64,000 bases of DNA from Candidatus Micrarchaeota archaeon (GCA_038046805.1 JBBSVO010000006.1:172976-236975), one strand, 5' to 3'; shown: positions 1 through 9,368, numbered from the stretch's first letter. Numbers and translations are program-made. The notes: generated by a model from the sequence alone, not told the origin.

Positions 1-515
1 ACCAGTAGGAGTTGATTCCATTCTGCTTTCATCAAATTCCATAAATAAACCGAGTAATGTGATGTGTACTGCATCTAATACATCCTCATCACCTCTCATG
101 CCAGCGATTCTTACCTTAATCTCAGCCATCTCCGGCGAAGCTGGTTCGGTTGCAGGTTGAGCCTGAGAAACTTCTGTTGCGGTTAATCCTCGTTCTGTTG
201 AAGAAATCTCCACCGCAGTTAATCCCAGTGTGTTCAATCCATTAATCATTGTCTGGCTATTGAAATTATTCGGGACAGTTGGTCCGGAATATGTGACCGT
301 AAGTCTATTGGTCCTTGGATCCAATCTTGATTCTATTCTATCGCTTGATCCAACAGTTTTGTGCGTCCAAACATGCACACCTTCCTGTATATCTACACCT
401 TGCCCCCAAAATCCAGGATAGTTTGCGTGGATAATATCTGATACTACATTATAAACTTCAGTTACAGTTCTTTTGGTTAAGGCTCCATCAAGTTCAATTT
501 CAACCTTTTTTCCAT
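1..515 (-). CDS. hypothetical protein, partial (runs off window start); reading frame only connects to the SD-preceded ATG at 515..513 through a -1 shift in an A6 run (plus T-run 506-511)
   Basis: Reverse-strand frame is open for ~170 codons (…KKVEIELDGALTKRTVTEVYNVVSDIIHANYPGFWGQG…). GGAG sits 5 nt upstream of ATG at 515..513. ATG-GAA-AAA-AGG as given hits a stop after 12 codons, whereas one extra A restores MEKKVEIELDG…. Confidence 0.3.
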
Positions 516-676
516 TGTATCTCCTCAGAATTTAGATTACAATCCTATGTTCAGAAACGAATATAAATTATGACTTTCAATCCTGTTTGGTACGAATGTC
601 ATCAACAAATAGATTGTCCAAATCCAAAATCCAGGAAACTGCCGTTCCAGTCTCTCAGATTTCTCAGAAATCCGAG

Positions 677-1729
677 ATGCTTGCCAAAAAGAACCCGGAT
701 GGAACCATAACCTGTCTTGCCTGCGCAAGATATTGCAAAATCCCGGAAGGTCAGGCCGGATTCTGCGGAGTGCGGGCAAACGATGACAGGAAGCTCAAAC
801 TTTTAGTCTATGGAAAGCCGTGCGCAATCTGGGTTGATCCTGTTGAGAAAAAGCCATTGTTTCATTTTCTTCCGGGGAGCAAAAGCTATTCCATCGGGAC
901 GTTTGGTTGTGATTTCGCATGCGATTTTTGTCAGAATTTTGACATTTCACAAGCCCCTTCCGAAGCGCGAGTCCGCGATCCAAAAGGCTGGAGAGATTAT
1001 TTTCAGAGGCTTATCGACAAGCTGGAGTACGTGCCACCGGAAACAATCGTGAGCCGCGCAATTGAAAGCGGATGCAAATCAATCTCATTCACCTACAACG
1101 AACCGACAATATTCACAGAATACGCGCTTGACATAATGAAGCTCGGGAAAAAGGAGGGGTTGCGGTTCATCTATGTTACAAATGGCTATGAATCGCGCGA
1201 ATGTTGGGATGCACTCGCACCTTACCTAACGGCTGCAAATATCGACCTAAAGGCATTCAACCAGAATTTCTATGGAAAATTGTGCAAGGCAAATTTAGAG
1301 CCAGTTAAAGAATCAATTCTTTATGTAAAAAAGAAATATCCAAAAATGTGGATTGAAATAACGACCCTTCTTGTTCCAGGCTGGAATGATACTGAAAACG
1401 AACTTCTAGATGAGGCAAAATGGCTCGCTGCGATAGACGCAGGCATGCCTTGGCATGTGACCGCGTTTCATCCGGACTATAAGATGCAAGACTCAGAGTC
1501 TACAAAACCTGAGACGCTGATGCGTGCAAGGGAAATCGGGCGGAGCGTTGGCTTAAATTATGTCTATTGCGGAAATCTTGGTTTCAGCTATTCAAATTAT
1601 GAAACAACGGTTTGTCCGAAGTGCAAGAAAGAATTAATAATCCGGGCTGGTTTCACTGTAACGAATAATAATGTCATTGACGGCAAATGCAGGTTTTGCG
1701 GAGAAGGAATTCCGGGTGTTTGGAAATGA
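677..1729 (+). CDS. amrS: AmmeMemoRadiSam system radical SAM enzyme (PFL-activating-enzyme-like)
   Basis: CDFACDFC (CxxxCxxC) radical-SAM motif, an N-terminal Cys cluster (CLACARYC…FCGV) and a C-terminal CPKC…CRFC zinc-ribbon-like tail. Lies beside MEMO1-like and AMMECR1-like genes. The ORF track starts at 587; the internal ATG at 677 fits the family length (~350 aa). Confidence 0.75.
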   Translation: MLAKKNPDGTITCLACARYCKIPEGQAGFCGVRANDDRKLKLLVYGKPCAIWVDPVEKKPLFHFLPGSKSYSIGTFGCDFACDFCQNFDISQAPSEARVRDPKGWRDYFQRLIDKLEYVPPETIVSRAIESGCKSISFTYNEPTIFTEYALDIMKLGKKEGLRFIYVTNGYESRECWDALAPYLTAANIDLKAFNQNFYGKLCKANLEPVKESILYVKKKYPKMWIEITTLLVPGWNDTENELLDEAKWLAAIDAGMPWHVTAFHPDYKMQDSESTKPETLMRAREIGRSVGLNYVYCGNLGFSYSNYETTVCPKCKKELIIRAGFTVTNNNVIDGKCRFCGEGIPGVWK

Positions 1730-2571
1730 AAGTGAAGCCATCAGGAGAGGAAGAAACCGAAGTCATTCTGCGTCCTCCAGCAGTCGCCGGAATGTTTTAC
1801 CCTGATGATCCGGAAGAGCTTGAAGACATGATAAAAGGATTCGTGGAAAGGGCAAAGGAAGAAACCATTTCCGGCGCACTTCGCGGTCTTGTTGTTCCGC
1901 ACGCGGGTTACATATATTCCGGGACCGTTGCAGCCGTAGGATATAAACTTCTTGCGCAGCATGCACAACATGCAAAAAACATCTTTTTGTTTGGCCCTTC
2001 ACATCATTCATACTTCAATGGGTTAGCGGAATCAGGAATGAATGCCTGGGAAACACCTCTTGGAAGGATAAGTGCAAAGCCAGCCGGAGGCAGTCTTAAA
2101 AGTGGTGGTCTGATCTCCCTTAATCCCGCAGCGCATGCTCCTGAGCATTGTCTTGAAGTGCAGTTGCCGTTCCTTCAGACAATCCTTGGGAAAGATCCAG
2201 ATTCTTTCTCAATTATTCCGCTCTTAACTGGAGATGTTTCTTCTGCGGCAGTTGCAAAGGCAATCGAAGAGAATTTTGACAAGGGCAGCGATTCGTTTTT
2301 CATTGCAAGCTCGGATTTGAGCCATTATAATCCCTATCAGCGGGCAGTGGAGCTGGATGGAATTGCGAACAAGGTAGTTCCGGCCATTGACATACCAACA
2401 ATGCAAACACGTGGGGATGCGTGCGGAAAAACATCAATTTTAATTTTAATGTATCTGGCAAAGTTAAAAGGATGGAAGGGAAAATTTCTGGAGTATAAGA
2501 ATTCCGGGGACACAGCCGGGGATAAAATGCGCGTAGTTGGTTATGGCTGCTATGCGTTCTATGAAGAATAG
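1726..2571 (+). CDS. amrB: AmmeMemoRadiSam system protein B (MEMO1 family)
   Basis: GMFYPDDPEEL…LVVPHAGYIYSG…GPSHH motifs typical of Memo/dioxygenase-like proteins. Its ATG overlaps the amrS stop (ATGA). Confidence 0.75.
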   Translation: MKVKPSGEEETEVILRPPAVAGMFYPDDPEELEDMIKGFVERAKEETISGALRGLVVPHAGYIYSGTVAAVGYKLLAQHAQHAKNIFLFGPSHHSYFNGLAESGMNAWETPLGRISAKPAGGSLKSGGLISLNPAAHAPEHCLEVQLPFLQTILGKDPDSFSIIPLLTGDVSSAAVAKAIEENFDKGSDSFFIASSDLSHYNPYQRAVELDGIANKVVPAIDIPTMQTRGDACGKTSILILMYLAKLKGWKGKFLEYKNSGDTAGDKMRVVGYGCYAFYEE

Positions 2572-2592
2572 ATATGGATCGGAGGGGTAGAT

Positions 2593-3084
2593 ATGGAAAT
2601 CGCGATATTTTCAACTGGCGGAACAATAGATGATATTGACTTGGATTCCGTGACTGACAAATCGCGCGAAACCTATCTTCCATCTGCTTTTGAACAGGCA
2701 AAAATCAGCAAAGAGATTAAAGTAACAAGAAAAATTTTAATGAAAAAGGATAGCCGGGAAATAACCGATTCGGACCGTGAACTGATCGCAAAAGAATGCG
2801 AGAAATGCATGGAAAGCCGAATATTGATAACCCACGGGACGTTTACCATGGCCGAGACTGCGGCGTATCTGGGAAAAAGGATAAGCGACAAAACGATTGT
2901 TCTGACTGGTTCAATGATCCCGCTTACAGAGCCAAAAAATGATGCAGAATTCAATTTGGGTGGGGCATTTATCGCGGTCCAGCTTCTGCCCGTAGGCGTG
3001 TACGTAGTGTTCAACGGAATAGTTTTTCATTGGTACAATGTAAAGAAGAATATAGAAGGTGGGTATTTCAAGAAGTTGTTTTAG
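2593..3084 (+). CDS. stand-alone L-asparaginase N-terminal-domain-like protein (163 aa)
   Basis: IAIFSTGGTID…ITHGTFTMAETAAYL…IVLTGSMIP matches the asparaginase/GatD N-domain motifs (TGGTI, hGTDTM, VvTGAMrP). No C-terminal domain is present. Confidence 0.5.
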   Translation: MEIAIFSTGGTIDDIDLDSVTDKSRETYLPSAFEQAKISKEIKVTRKILMKKDSREITDSDRELIAKECEKCMESRILITHGTFTMAETAAYLGKRISDKTIVLTGSMIPLTEPKNDAEFNLGGAFIAVQLLPVGVYVVFNGIVFHWYNVKKNIEGGYFKKLF

Positions 3085-3098
3085 GGCAAGGTGTATTC

Positions 3099-3365
3099 AT
3101 GCCAGACATTAGCGTAATTGCGGAAATCCAAAAAATAAAAGAGCGAAACGTTCGCGTTGAATCAGATAAAGCATGGGAAACCAGCTGGGCAAGGCGCGGC
3201 CTGCTCGCGGTAGCAACCTACGTCGTGGTCAGTCTATTCCTCGTATCAATCAATGCCCCGAATCCATGGATAAATGCACTTATCCCGGCTGGCGCGTATG
3301 TTCTTCAGACGCTCACAGTGCCTGTGCTAAAGGATTGGTGGGTTATCAATATGTACAAAAAATAA
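3099..3365 (+). CDS. small membrane protein (hypothetical)
   Basis: ORF in operon context. Two hydrophobic helices (LLAVATYVVVSLFLVSI, ALIPAGAYVLQTL). Confidence 0.3.
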   Translation: MPDISVIAEIQKIKERNVRVESDKAWETSWARRGLLAVATYVVVSLFLVSINAPNPWINALIPAGAYVLQTLTVPVLKDWWVINMYKK

Positions 3366-3368
3366 TGG

Positions 3369-4952
3369 TTGAATTTCATGTTTGACCCGCTCTTAAGTAA
3401 AGCCTGGAAAGATGCTTGTCGAGTCCTTTTTGGACAGGAGATAGGTGAACTCCAAGATTATAGCGATTGGCTTGCAGAAATGGTTGATGCTCCAATAGTA
3501 AAAAAATCTAGTATTTCTGGAAAAGAAGTCATTCATTCAAGGGCGGACTATTCAGATTCTGCACGGTCGATAAGCCTTGAAGAAATAGACATCGGAAAAA
3601 AGTTCAACCCACTCAGTATAAACGAAATAAAGGATATTGATAGCATAATCGAGGCAATTCAAGATAGGATTTTTTATACTGGAAATATCATACTTGGCAA
3701 TTCAAAGGAAGTGCAAAAAAGCTCGAATATAAATGACAGTTTTTACATCTATAATACAACTCTTTCCGGGAATTCAAAATACATGGCTTTTTGCACCCTT
3801 GCGAGGTTGGACTCATATGGTTTTGGAGGAAATGCTTTCAGTCAATGCGATTTCTGCATCAAATGTCATGAACTTACGCGCGTGAAAAGATCATTTGAAC
3901 TGTGGATGAGCCAGGATTGCTCTGATTGCTATTACTCGCATGGATTGAAAAACAGTTCAAATTGCTTTTTTTGCTTTAACCTGGACAATGCGCGATACAC
4001 TATAGGAAATTTGCAATTGCCACCAGATAAGTATGCAGAACTGAAAACCAAACTGATTTCTGAAATAGTGGATGAGTTAAAACGTGAAAAGAGAATACCT
4101 TCTCTTACTGAGATAGTACGGGATTGCGATGGTGAGATACGTTTACCTTCCAGTAATTCAAAAGTTGCAGTTAAGCAACCAGTCGACCAGAAAAAAATAG
4201 ATGGGGAATTTGTCAAGACCTTTGAAATACTATTCAAAAAAAGACCATCAAAAAACATTGACGAATATGCATCTTGGTTATCCAGACACGTGAGAGGATT
4301 TGAAAGATGCAAATCCGCGGCAAGCGGAAGCGACGTATTTCTTGCAAGATATGGAAATTATTGCGACTTACCCAAGAATCGTCTTTTAACTTTGGATGAA
4401 GCAAAGGGAATAGGCCAAACTTTAAAACTAACTGCCGAGGATGTAAACTGCATTAGTTTCAAAAACATCGGTAAAAACCTGGGAAAGATCGCATTTTTCA
4501 ATACAGACATCCAGGATGGGCAAAATGCGAATAATTTTGAGTGCACCATAACGATAGATGCGTTTAACTGCCATAGGTCAGTATGCAGCGTATACTCTAA
4601 ATTTTGCGCTTATTCTTTTTGGCCAAGAAGTTCACAACACATATTTGGCGGGGATACTGTCTTTGATTCAGCCTTTTGTATCAATAGTTATAACTCAGTA
4701 AATCTTCAGAGATGTATGGAAATGGATGGCTGCAACAGCTGTTCTGATTCTTATTTCTGCCATAACTGCGAAAATCTCCAGAATTCGATGTTCTGCTTCA
4801 ATACAAAAAACAAAAGATACGCGATCGGCAATGCCGAATTGGAACGGGAGAGCTATGCAAAAATAAAAGAGGGCATTCTGGAACAGATATACCAGGAACT
4901 CGAAAAGAGTGGAAAAAGCAAATATGATATTTTTAGCCTTGGAGAAACGTAA
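3369..4952 (+). CDS. Cys-rich repeat protein, fused two-module form (uncharacterised family)
   Basis: 527 aa with an internal duplication. Each half ends in C..C..NS.FCFN..N.RY.IGN…Y..LK..L..EI..EL (residues ~200-240 and ~480-520). The N-half is homologous to ORF 30397..31170 and the C-half to ORF 29626..30387. TTG start at 3369 per the ORF track, with an alternative ATG at 3378. Confidence 0.6.
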   Translation: MNFMFDPLLSKAWKDACRVLFGQEIGELQDYSDWLAEMVDAPIVKKSSISGKEVIHSRADYSDSARSISLEEIDIGKKFNPLSINEIKDIDSIIEAIQDRIFYTGNIILGNSKEVQKSSNINDSFYIYNTTLSGNSKYMAFCTLARLDSYGFGGNAFSQCDFCIKCHELTRVKRSFELWMSQDCSDCYYSHGLKNSSNCFFCFNLDNARYTIGNLQLPPDKYAELKTKLISEIVDELKREKRIPSLTEIVRDCDGEIRLPSSNSKVAVKQPVDQKKIDGEFVKTFEILFKKRPSKNIDEYASWLSRHVRGFERCKSAASGSDVFLARYGNYCDLPKNRLLTLDEAKGIGQTLKLTAEDVNCISFKNIGKNLGKIAFFNTDIQDGQNANNFECTITIDAFNCHRSVCSVYSKFCAYSFWPRSSQHIFGGDTVFDSAFCINSYNSVNLQRCMEMDGCNSCSDSYFCHNCENLQNSMFCFNTKNKRYAIGNAELERESYAKIKEGILEQIYQELEKSGKSKYDIFSLGET

Positions 4953-4982
4953 GGATTAAAGTCATCACTAACGTTTTGTTCC

Positions 4983-5576
4983 ATGATCCCCATGTCCGAT
5001 TCGGCTTTCACAAAACCAGAACGCGAATTCCTGCTCAAGTTGGCAAGGCGCGCAATAGAGCATTATCTTAAATCCGGCACGCGTTTGGATATAAAGCCGA
5101 GCGAAGTTCCGAGCGAGCGGCTCATAAAAGACGGTGCGGTTTTTGTTACTCTTTACGCGCGCAAGGACAACTCGCTCCGCGGATGCATCGGTTCTCTTGA
5201 GGCAAAACGCCCGCTTGTTTTTGATGTTGTTGAAAACGCGCTTCATTCAGCATTTGGTGATCCGCGTTTTCCTCCCCTCAAACGCGAGGAGCTGTCGAAC
5301 GTGCGGATAGAAATCTCTATCCTCACAGAACCAAAACCCCTTAAAGTATCAGACAAGGACGACCTTCTTAGTAAACTTATTCCGAACAAGCACGGGTTAA
5401 TTATCCAAAAAGGTTTTGCAAGGGCAACCTTTCTGCCAGTCGTATGGGAAGAATTGAAGAAAAAAGAGGATTTTCTCACGCATCTATGCCAAAAGGCAGG
5501 GCTTTATCCTGATGAATGGAAAGATACAAGGGAAATGAAATTCTTTGTTTATGAGGCGGAGAAGATTGAGGAATGA
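4983..5576 (+). CDS. amrA: AmmeMemoRadiSam system protein A (AMMECR1 domain)
   Basis: GAVFVTL…LRGCIGSLEAKRPL…AFGDPRFPPL is characteristic AMMECR1. Confidence 0.8.
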   Translation: MIPMSDSAFTKPEREFLLKLARRAIEHYLKSGTRLDIKPSEVPSERLIKDGAVFVTLYARKDNSLRGCIGSLEAKRPLVFDVVENALHSAFGDPRFPPLKREELSNVRIEISILTEPKPLKVSDKDDLLSKLIPNKHGLIIQKGFARATFLPVVWEELKKKEDFLTHLCQKAGLYPDEWKDTREMKFFVYEAEKIEE

Positions 5577-5618
5577 AACATCTAAGGTTTTTTAAATAGT
5601 TGCCAATAATATAATTTC

Positions 5619-6596
5619 ATGAATTGTAAGTTTAGGAATACTGCCCATCCAGTATCTGCAAAGTCAGTGCGGATCGCTGGAGTGCCCGGGATAGAACTTT
5701 TCATAACCCTTAGAACAAGAACGTGCAGTTGGAAAAAAGAAACTGGCGGATGCACATTCTGTGGAGTAGGGGGTCTTGATGGCGATATGCCACCTCTGTC
5801 TTTCAGCGAGGCAAATCTCCAGGTTGAAGGTTCGATCAGGGACTTCAAAAGCCAGGGTGGGGATGTTAGTGCAGTCACAAAAGTCTCATTTATTTCAATG
5901 AGTGACAGCCTTCTCAATCCAATGACAATTGAGGAAAGGGCCCTGAGAATTGCGATGGAAACAGCAGTCAGAGCATTTCCAAACGTGTCTTGTTTATCTG
6001 TAGAATCCCGCGCGGATATGCTGCATTCTGATTATCTGAACCGATTATGGGATTTCATGCAAAACGAGTTTGGAAACGGAGTTAGTGGAGAGGTTGCAGT
6101 TGGAGTGGAAACTGCCTCCGAGTACAACAGAAATCTTTTAGGAAAGGGAATTTCAGATGCGGTGCTTGTATCTGCATCACGAGTATTGTCCGACACAATG
6201 TGGAGTATGCGCGGAAGTTTAATCTATGCACTTTTTGAACATGAACCTCTAGCAAGAGTCCTGGCATTAAAGAACGGAATAGACTTAATGGCTGGACTTG
6301 GCGAGAGAATGCGCACGTACACTTCAATACTTTTGCTGCGTGGGTATGTCCCTGAGGATATGGCTAGTTCAAATTTGTTCCGCGATTTTGTTGAAGTTCC
6401 TGACGAGGTGGTGTTGCGAGAGTTGCGGGAAGCAGCACTACATGCAAAAAGACGCAAGCTTCATTTTGAAATTGACTCAACAACCGCAGATCAGGAAGCT
6501 GTCAGAGCAACTTTGGGTATCATGAGTCCAGAATACCGTGCTGCGCTTGATAGATATAATCAGAGTCTTGACCCGCGCGAATTGGTGCTCAAATAA
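5619..6596 (+). CDS. radical-SAM-like protein with atypical Cx8CxxC cluster (TIGR01210 / archaeosine RaSEA-like)
   Basis: CSWKKETGGCTFCG N-terminal Cys cluster. ~325 aa with the layout of the ELP3-like archaeal tRNA-modification radical SAMs. Confidence 0.45.
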   Translation: MNCKFRNTAHPVSAKSVRIAGVPGIELFITLRTRTCSWKKETGGCTFCGVGGLDGDMPPLSFSEANLQVEGSIRDFKSQGGDVSAVTKVSFISMSDSLLNPMTIEERALRIAMETAVRAFPNVSCLSVESRADMLHSDYLNRLWDFMQNEFGNGVSGEVAVGVETASEYNRNLLGKGISDAVLVSASRVLSDTMWSMRGSLIYALFEHEPLARVLALKNGIDLMAGLGERMRTYTSILLLRGYVPEDMASSNLFRDFVEVPDEVVLRELREAALHAKRRKLHFEIDSTTADQEAVRATLGIMSPEYRAALDRYNQSLDPRELVLK

Positions 6597-6781
6597 AAAA
6601 AGAGATAATTCTTACATCGTCCCTACCAGTCTTCTTGCAGCGCGTCTTGTGTCAGTAAATTCCGTTTCATCACGAATATATTCCAATTGGTGGCGTTGGT
6701 TATGTTCTCCGAGCGTCTTCACGGCCATTTTTCTTGCACTATCATTATCTGAGTAGGTCGCTATCATACTAAGCTCAGTTG

Positions 6782-7147
6782 TTATTCGTTTAATCTCCTG
6801 TCATCCTCTCTTGCGTTCAAATGCGAAAGTGCATCTATAGACTGTAGGCGTGCGCTTTGTCTATTCTTTGTTTCCAGATATTCCCTAGCTAACATTCTTA
6901 CCACTCCGACCATCTCCGCGGAATGATTTCTAATTGCTTTTTTGGACCAGTCAAAACCTTCCCGGCTGTGAACTGCACCCACAACTGCATTACGTGCGTC
7001 CAGTGTTCTTGTTTCAATTGTTTCCCGAGGATTTCTTTCAACCTCGCGGCTCACTTTGTTTTGAAGCAGAGTTGCCAACCCCCTCACGTTTATTCCATTA
7101 GGAACTCTTCTTCCGCTTATTATATCCGCTACTTCACGTTGAGCCAT
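6782..7147 (-). CDS. hypothetical protein
   Basis: 121-aa ORF with no recognisable motif. Confidence 0.3.
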   Translation of the reverse strand: MAQREVADIISGRRVPNGINVRGLATLLQNKVSREVERNPRETIETRTLDARNAVVGAVHSREGFDWSKKAIRNHSAEMVGVVRMLAREYLETKNRQSARLQSIDALSHLNAREDDRRLNE

Positions 7148-7203
7148 CTAATCACCAGTCCAGTTCTTTGGCCACATGATTTTATACCCTTATCTCTGAA
7201 TCG

Positions 7204-7467
7204 GTGAATTGCATATATTTTTATACTTTATTCTACCAAAGTATACTCATGTATACTACCATAAAAATTGCAGAAGAGCTTAAGGAAAAACTAAGCAATA
7301 TGCGGACATATGAAAGCGAGACATATGCTGAGATCATAGAAGACCTTATTGAAGACCGTCTTTCTCTCAACCCATCCTTCGTAAAAGAAATCGAAGAACG
7401 AAGAAGAGAGTACAAATCCGGAAAAACCATTTCTTTCGAAGATCTGAAAAAAGAGATGAAACGATAA
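7204..7467 (+). CDS. putative antitoxin (partner of RelE/ParE toxin)
   Basis: 87-aa acidic protein immediately upstream of, and overlapping, the toxin gene. Confidence 0.45.
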   Translation: MNCIYFYTLFYQSILMYTTIKIAEELKEKLSNMRTYESETYAEIIEDLIEDRLSLNPSFVKEIEERRREYKSGKTISFEDLKKEMKR

Positions 7468-7718
7468 TGTATTCTATAGATTTTACCGAATCCGCGCGAA
7501 AGGAGTTTCTACGTATGCCCACGCAGGAACAAGAGCGCATTGATAGCGTGCTTGATCGCATTAGATTAAAGCCCTACTTTTTTGCTATGCGTCTGAGCGG
7601 TTCAAAAGCATATCGTATCCGCGTTGGAAAATTGCGAATTATCCTGGATATCCTGGAAGAGAATCAGCAAATAATTGTTCTCAAGCTAGGAAATCGGGAA
7701 ACCGTATACTTACCGTGA
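7467..7718 (+). CDS. type II toxin RelE/ParE family
   Basis: 83 aa. YSIDFTESARKEFLRMP…KLRIGKLRIILDI…VLKLGNRETVY fits the RelE/ParE fold pattern. Confidence 0.6.
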   Translation: MYSIDFTESARKEFLRMPTQEQERIDSVLDRIRLKPYFFAMRLSGSKAYRIRVGKLRIILDILEENQQIIVLKLGNRETVYLP

Positions 7719-8426
7719 TTTCGCAATCCCCAGACACTCCTCCTTAGTCAATGTGCGGACGCGCCGTTTTGCAAACTCTTCCGGTGCGACAATTCCTGCG
7801 TGTGCATGCGCCAGAGCATTGCGCACGGACTGGTTTTTATGCTGGAAAAGAATTCGGATTATTTCCTCATCGTGTTTTGTGATTTTTGTTCCGCTCGGAA
7901 CTAAAGTAATCATTTCCGAATCCACTTTCGGTGCAGGAGAAAACAAATGCCTCGGAACTTTCTGGACAAGTTCAACATCAAACGCGAGTTGTGCGGTTAC
8001 CGACAGGCGGCCATAATTCGAATCGTTCGGCTTTGCAACCATTTTCTCAGCGAATTCCTTCTGGATAATAAGAACCGCGCGTTCGAAATCATAATCCTTC
8101 AAACGAAATATTATCGCGGATGAAATGTAATAAGGAATATTACCCATAATTATGTCTGCGTGGATTGGTTCAATCTCCAGAAAATCATCAGTGATAACGT
8201 CCACGTGCGGATTCCCATTAAATTTATCTTTCAATCCGCTTGCGAGTTCCTTGTCCTTCTCAATCGCGAGCACTTTAAGCGCACCGCCTTCTATTATCTT
8301 CTCGGTAAGCCGCCCGTCCCCTGCGCCAATCTCAAGCACAGTCTTGCCAACAACATCCGCAACCAAAACCTCCTTGCGTAAAATGTTCGCATCGCAGAGG
8401 AAGTTCTGACCCATTCGTGCCTTCAC
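7710..8426 (-). CDS. rsmA: 16S rRNA (adenine1518/1519-N6)-dimethyltransferase KsgA/Dim1
   Basis: GQNFL…VLEIGAGDGRLT…NIPYYISS motifs. Confidence 0.85.
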   Translation of the reverse strand: MKARMGQNFLCDANILRKEVLVADVVGKTVLEIGAGDGRLTEKIIEGGALKVLAIEKDKELASGLKDKFNGNPHVDVITDDFLEIEPIHADIIMGNIPYYISSAIIFRLKDYDFERAVLIIQKEFAEKMVAKPNDSNYGRLSVTAQLAFDVELVQKVPRHLFSPAPKVDSEMITLVPSGTKITKHDEEIIRILFQHKNQSVRNALAHAHAGIVAPEEFAKRRVRTLTKEECLGIAKSR

Positions 8427-8665
8427 TTATTCCCCTCCATAATCAGTATTCCGTCAATTATTCCATAGGCATAATTCGCTGCCCCGAACGCGGTAAAATA
8501 ATCCTTTTTCTCAAAATAGTGCTTAGCGTCCTTGTAGTAATTCTCAGCCCACTCATGGACCGAAGGGTATTTCTCTGCCAGTCCGAGCTTCTTGAATTCT
8601 GAAAGTATCTCTTTTAGTTTCTCAATATCTTTGTGCGTTCTTTCACGTTCGTCCATCAAAGCCAT
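8423..8665 (-). CDS. DUF357-family small protein
   Basis: 80 aa. The conserved archaeal gene neighbour upstream of ksgA. Confidence 0.55.
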   Translation of the reverse strand: MALMDERERTHKDIEKLKEILSEFKKLGLAEKYPSVHEWAENYYKDAKHYFEKKDYFTAFGAANYAYGIIDGILIMEGNK

Positions 8666-8728
8666 ACATTTAATAACCTTACAAGAGAATATAAACTTAC
8701 TTTTTGTTTGATTACAACAGTGATACTA

Positions 8729-9349
8729 ATGGACAAAACTAACGATTCAAAGCCAGGAACTCAAGACCAGAAAACGCTAAACCCAAAACACGAAGCGAGC
8801 AAACTGGTCGAGCCAGGCACATATCTGGCAGGAGCAGAAGAAGTACTTCCAGGACGAGGTACCTTTAGCGAAAATGACGAGATTTTTGCCGCAACTTTCG
8901 GTCATGTCGCATCAACCGAGCGTAACGCAATTGTTGATTCAAAGAAGCGTATTCTTGAGATAACTGTCGGAACAGAGGTTTACGGAATCGTAACCAATGT
9001 TATGGATAGTAAGGCACTTCTTCAGATTATTCCATTAAGCGATGACAAGAATGCGAGATTCCCTCCATCCGAAACTGCAGTGCTAAAAGTATCATCTATT
9101 TCCCCTTCATTCATTCGTGATATTCGTGATGGCATACGTATAGGTGACATTGTCCGTGCAAAGGTTTTCTCCACTCGTGACGGAATGGAAATAAGCATGC
9201 GCGAATCAACCGAATATGGCGTCATAAAAGCCTTCTGTTCAAGGTGCAGGCATGATATGATTCTTAAATCTGGTGGTCGTCTTATGTGCAGTTCATGTGG
9301 CTGGATGGAAAGCCGCAAGGTTTCAAAATTTTATTCTCTTAAGGAATGA
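8729..9349 (+). CDS. csl4: exosome complex RNA-binding protein Csl4
   Basis: S1-like domain plus C-terminal zinc ribbon (CSRCRHDM…CSSCGW). Conserved csl4-rpoL gene order. ATG at 8729 chosen to avoid overlap with the DUF357 gene. Confidence 0.7.
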   Translation: MDKTNDSKPGTQDQKTLNPKHEASKLVEPGTYLAGAEEVLPGRGTFSENDEIFAATFGHVASTERNAIVDSKKRILEITVGTEVYGIVTNVMDSKALLQIIPLSDDKNARFPPSETAVLKVSSISPSFIRDIRDGIRIGDIVRAKVFSTRDGMEISMRESTEYGVIKAFCSRCRHDMILKSGGRLMCSSCGWMESRKVSKFYSLKE

Positions 9350-9368
9350 TGTTTTGTGAGGTGTCTTT

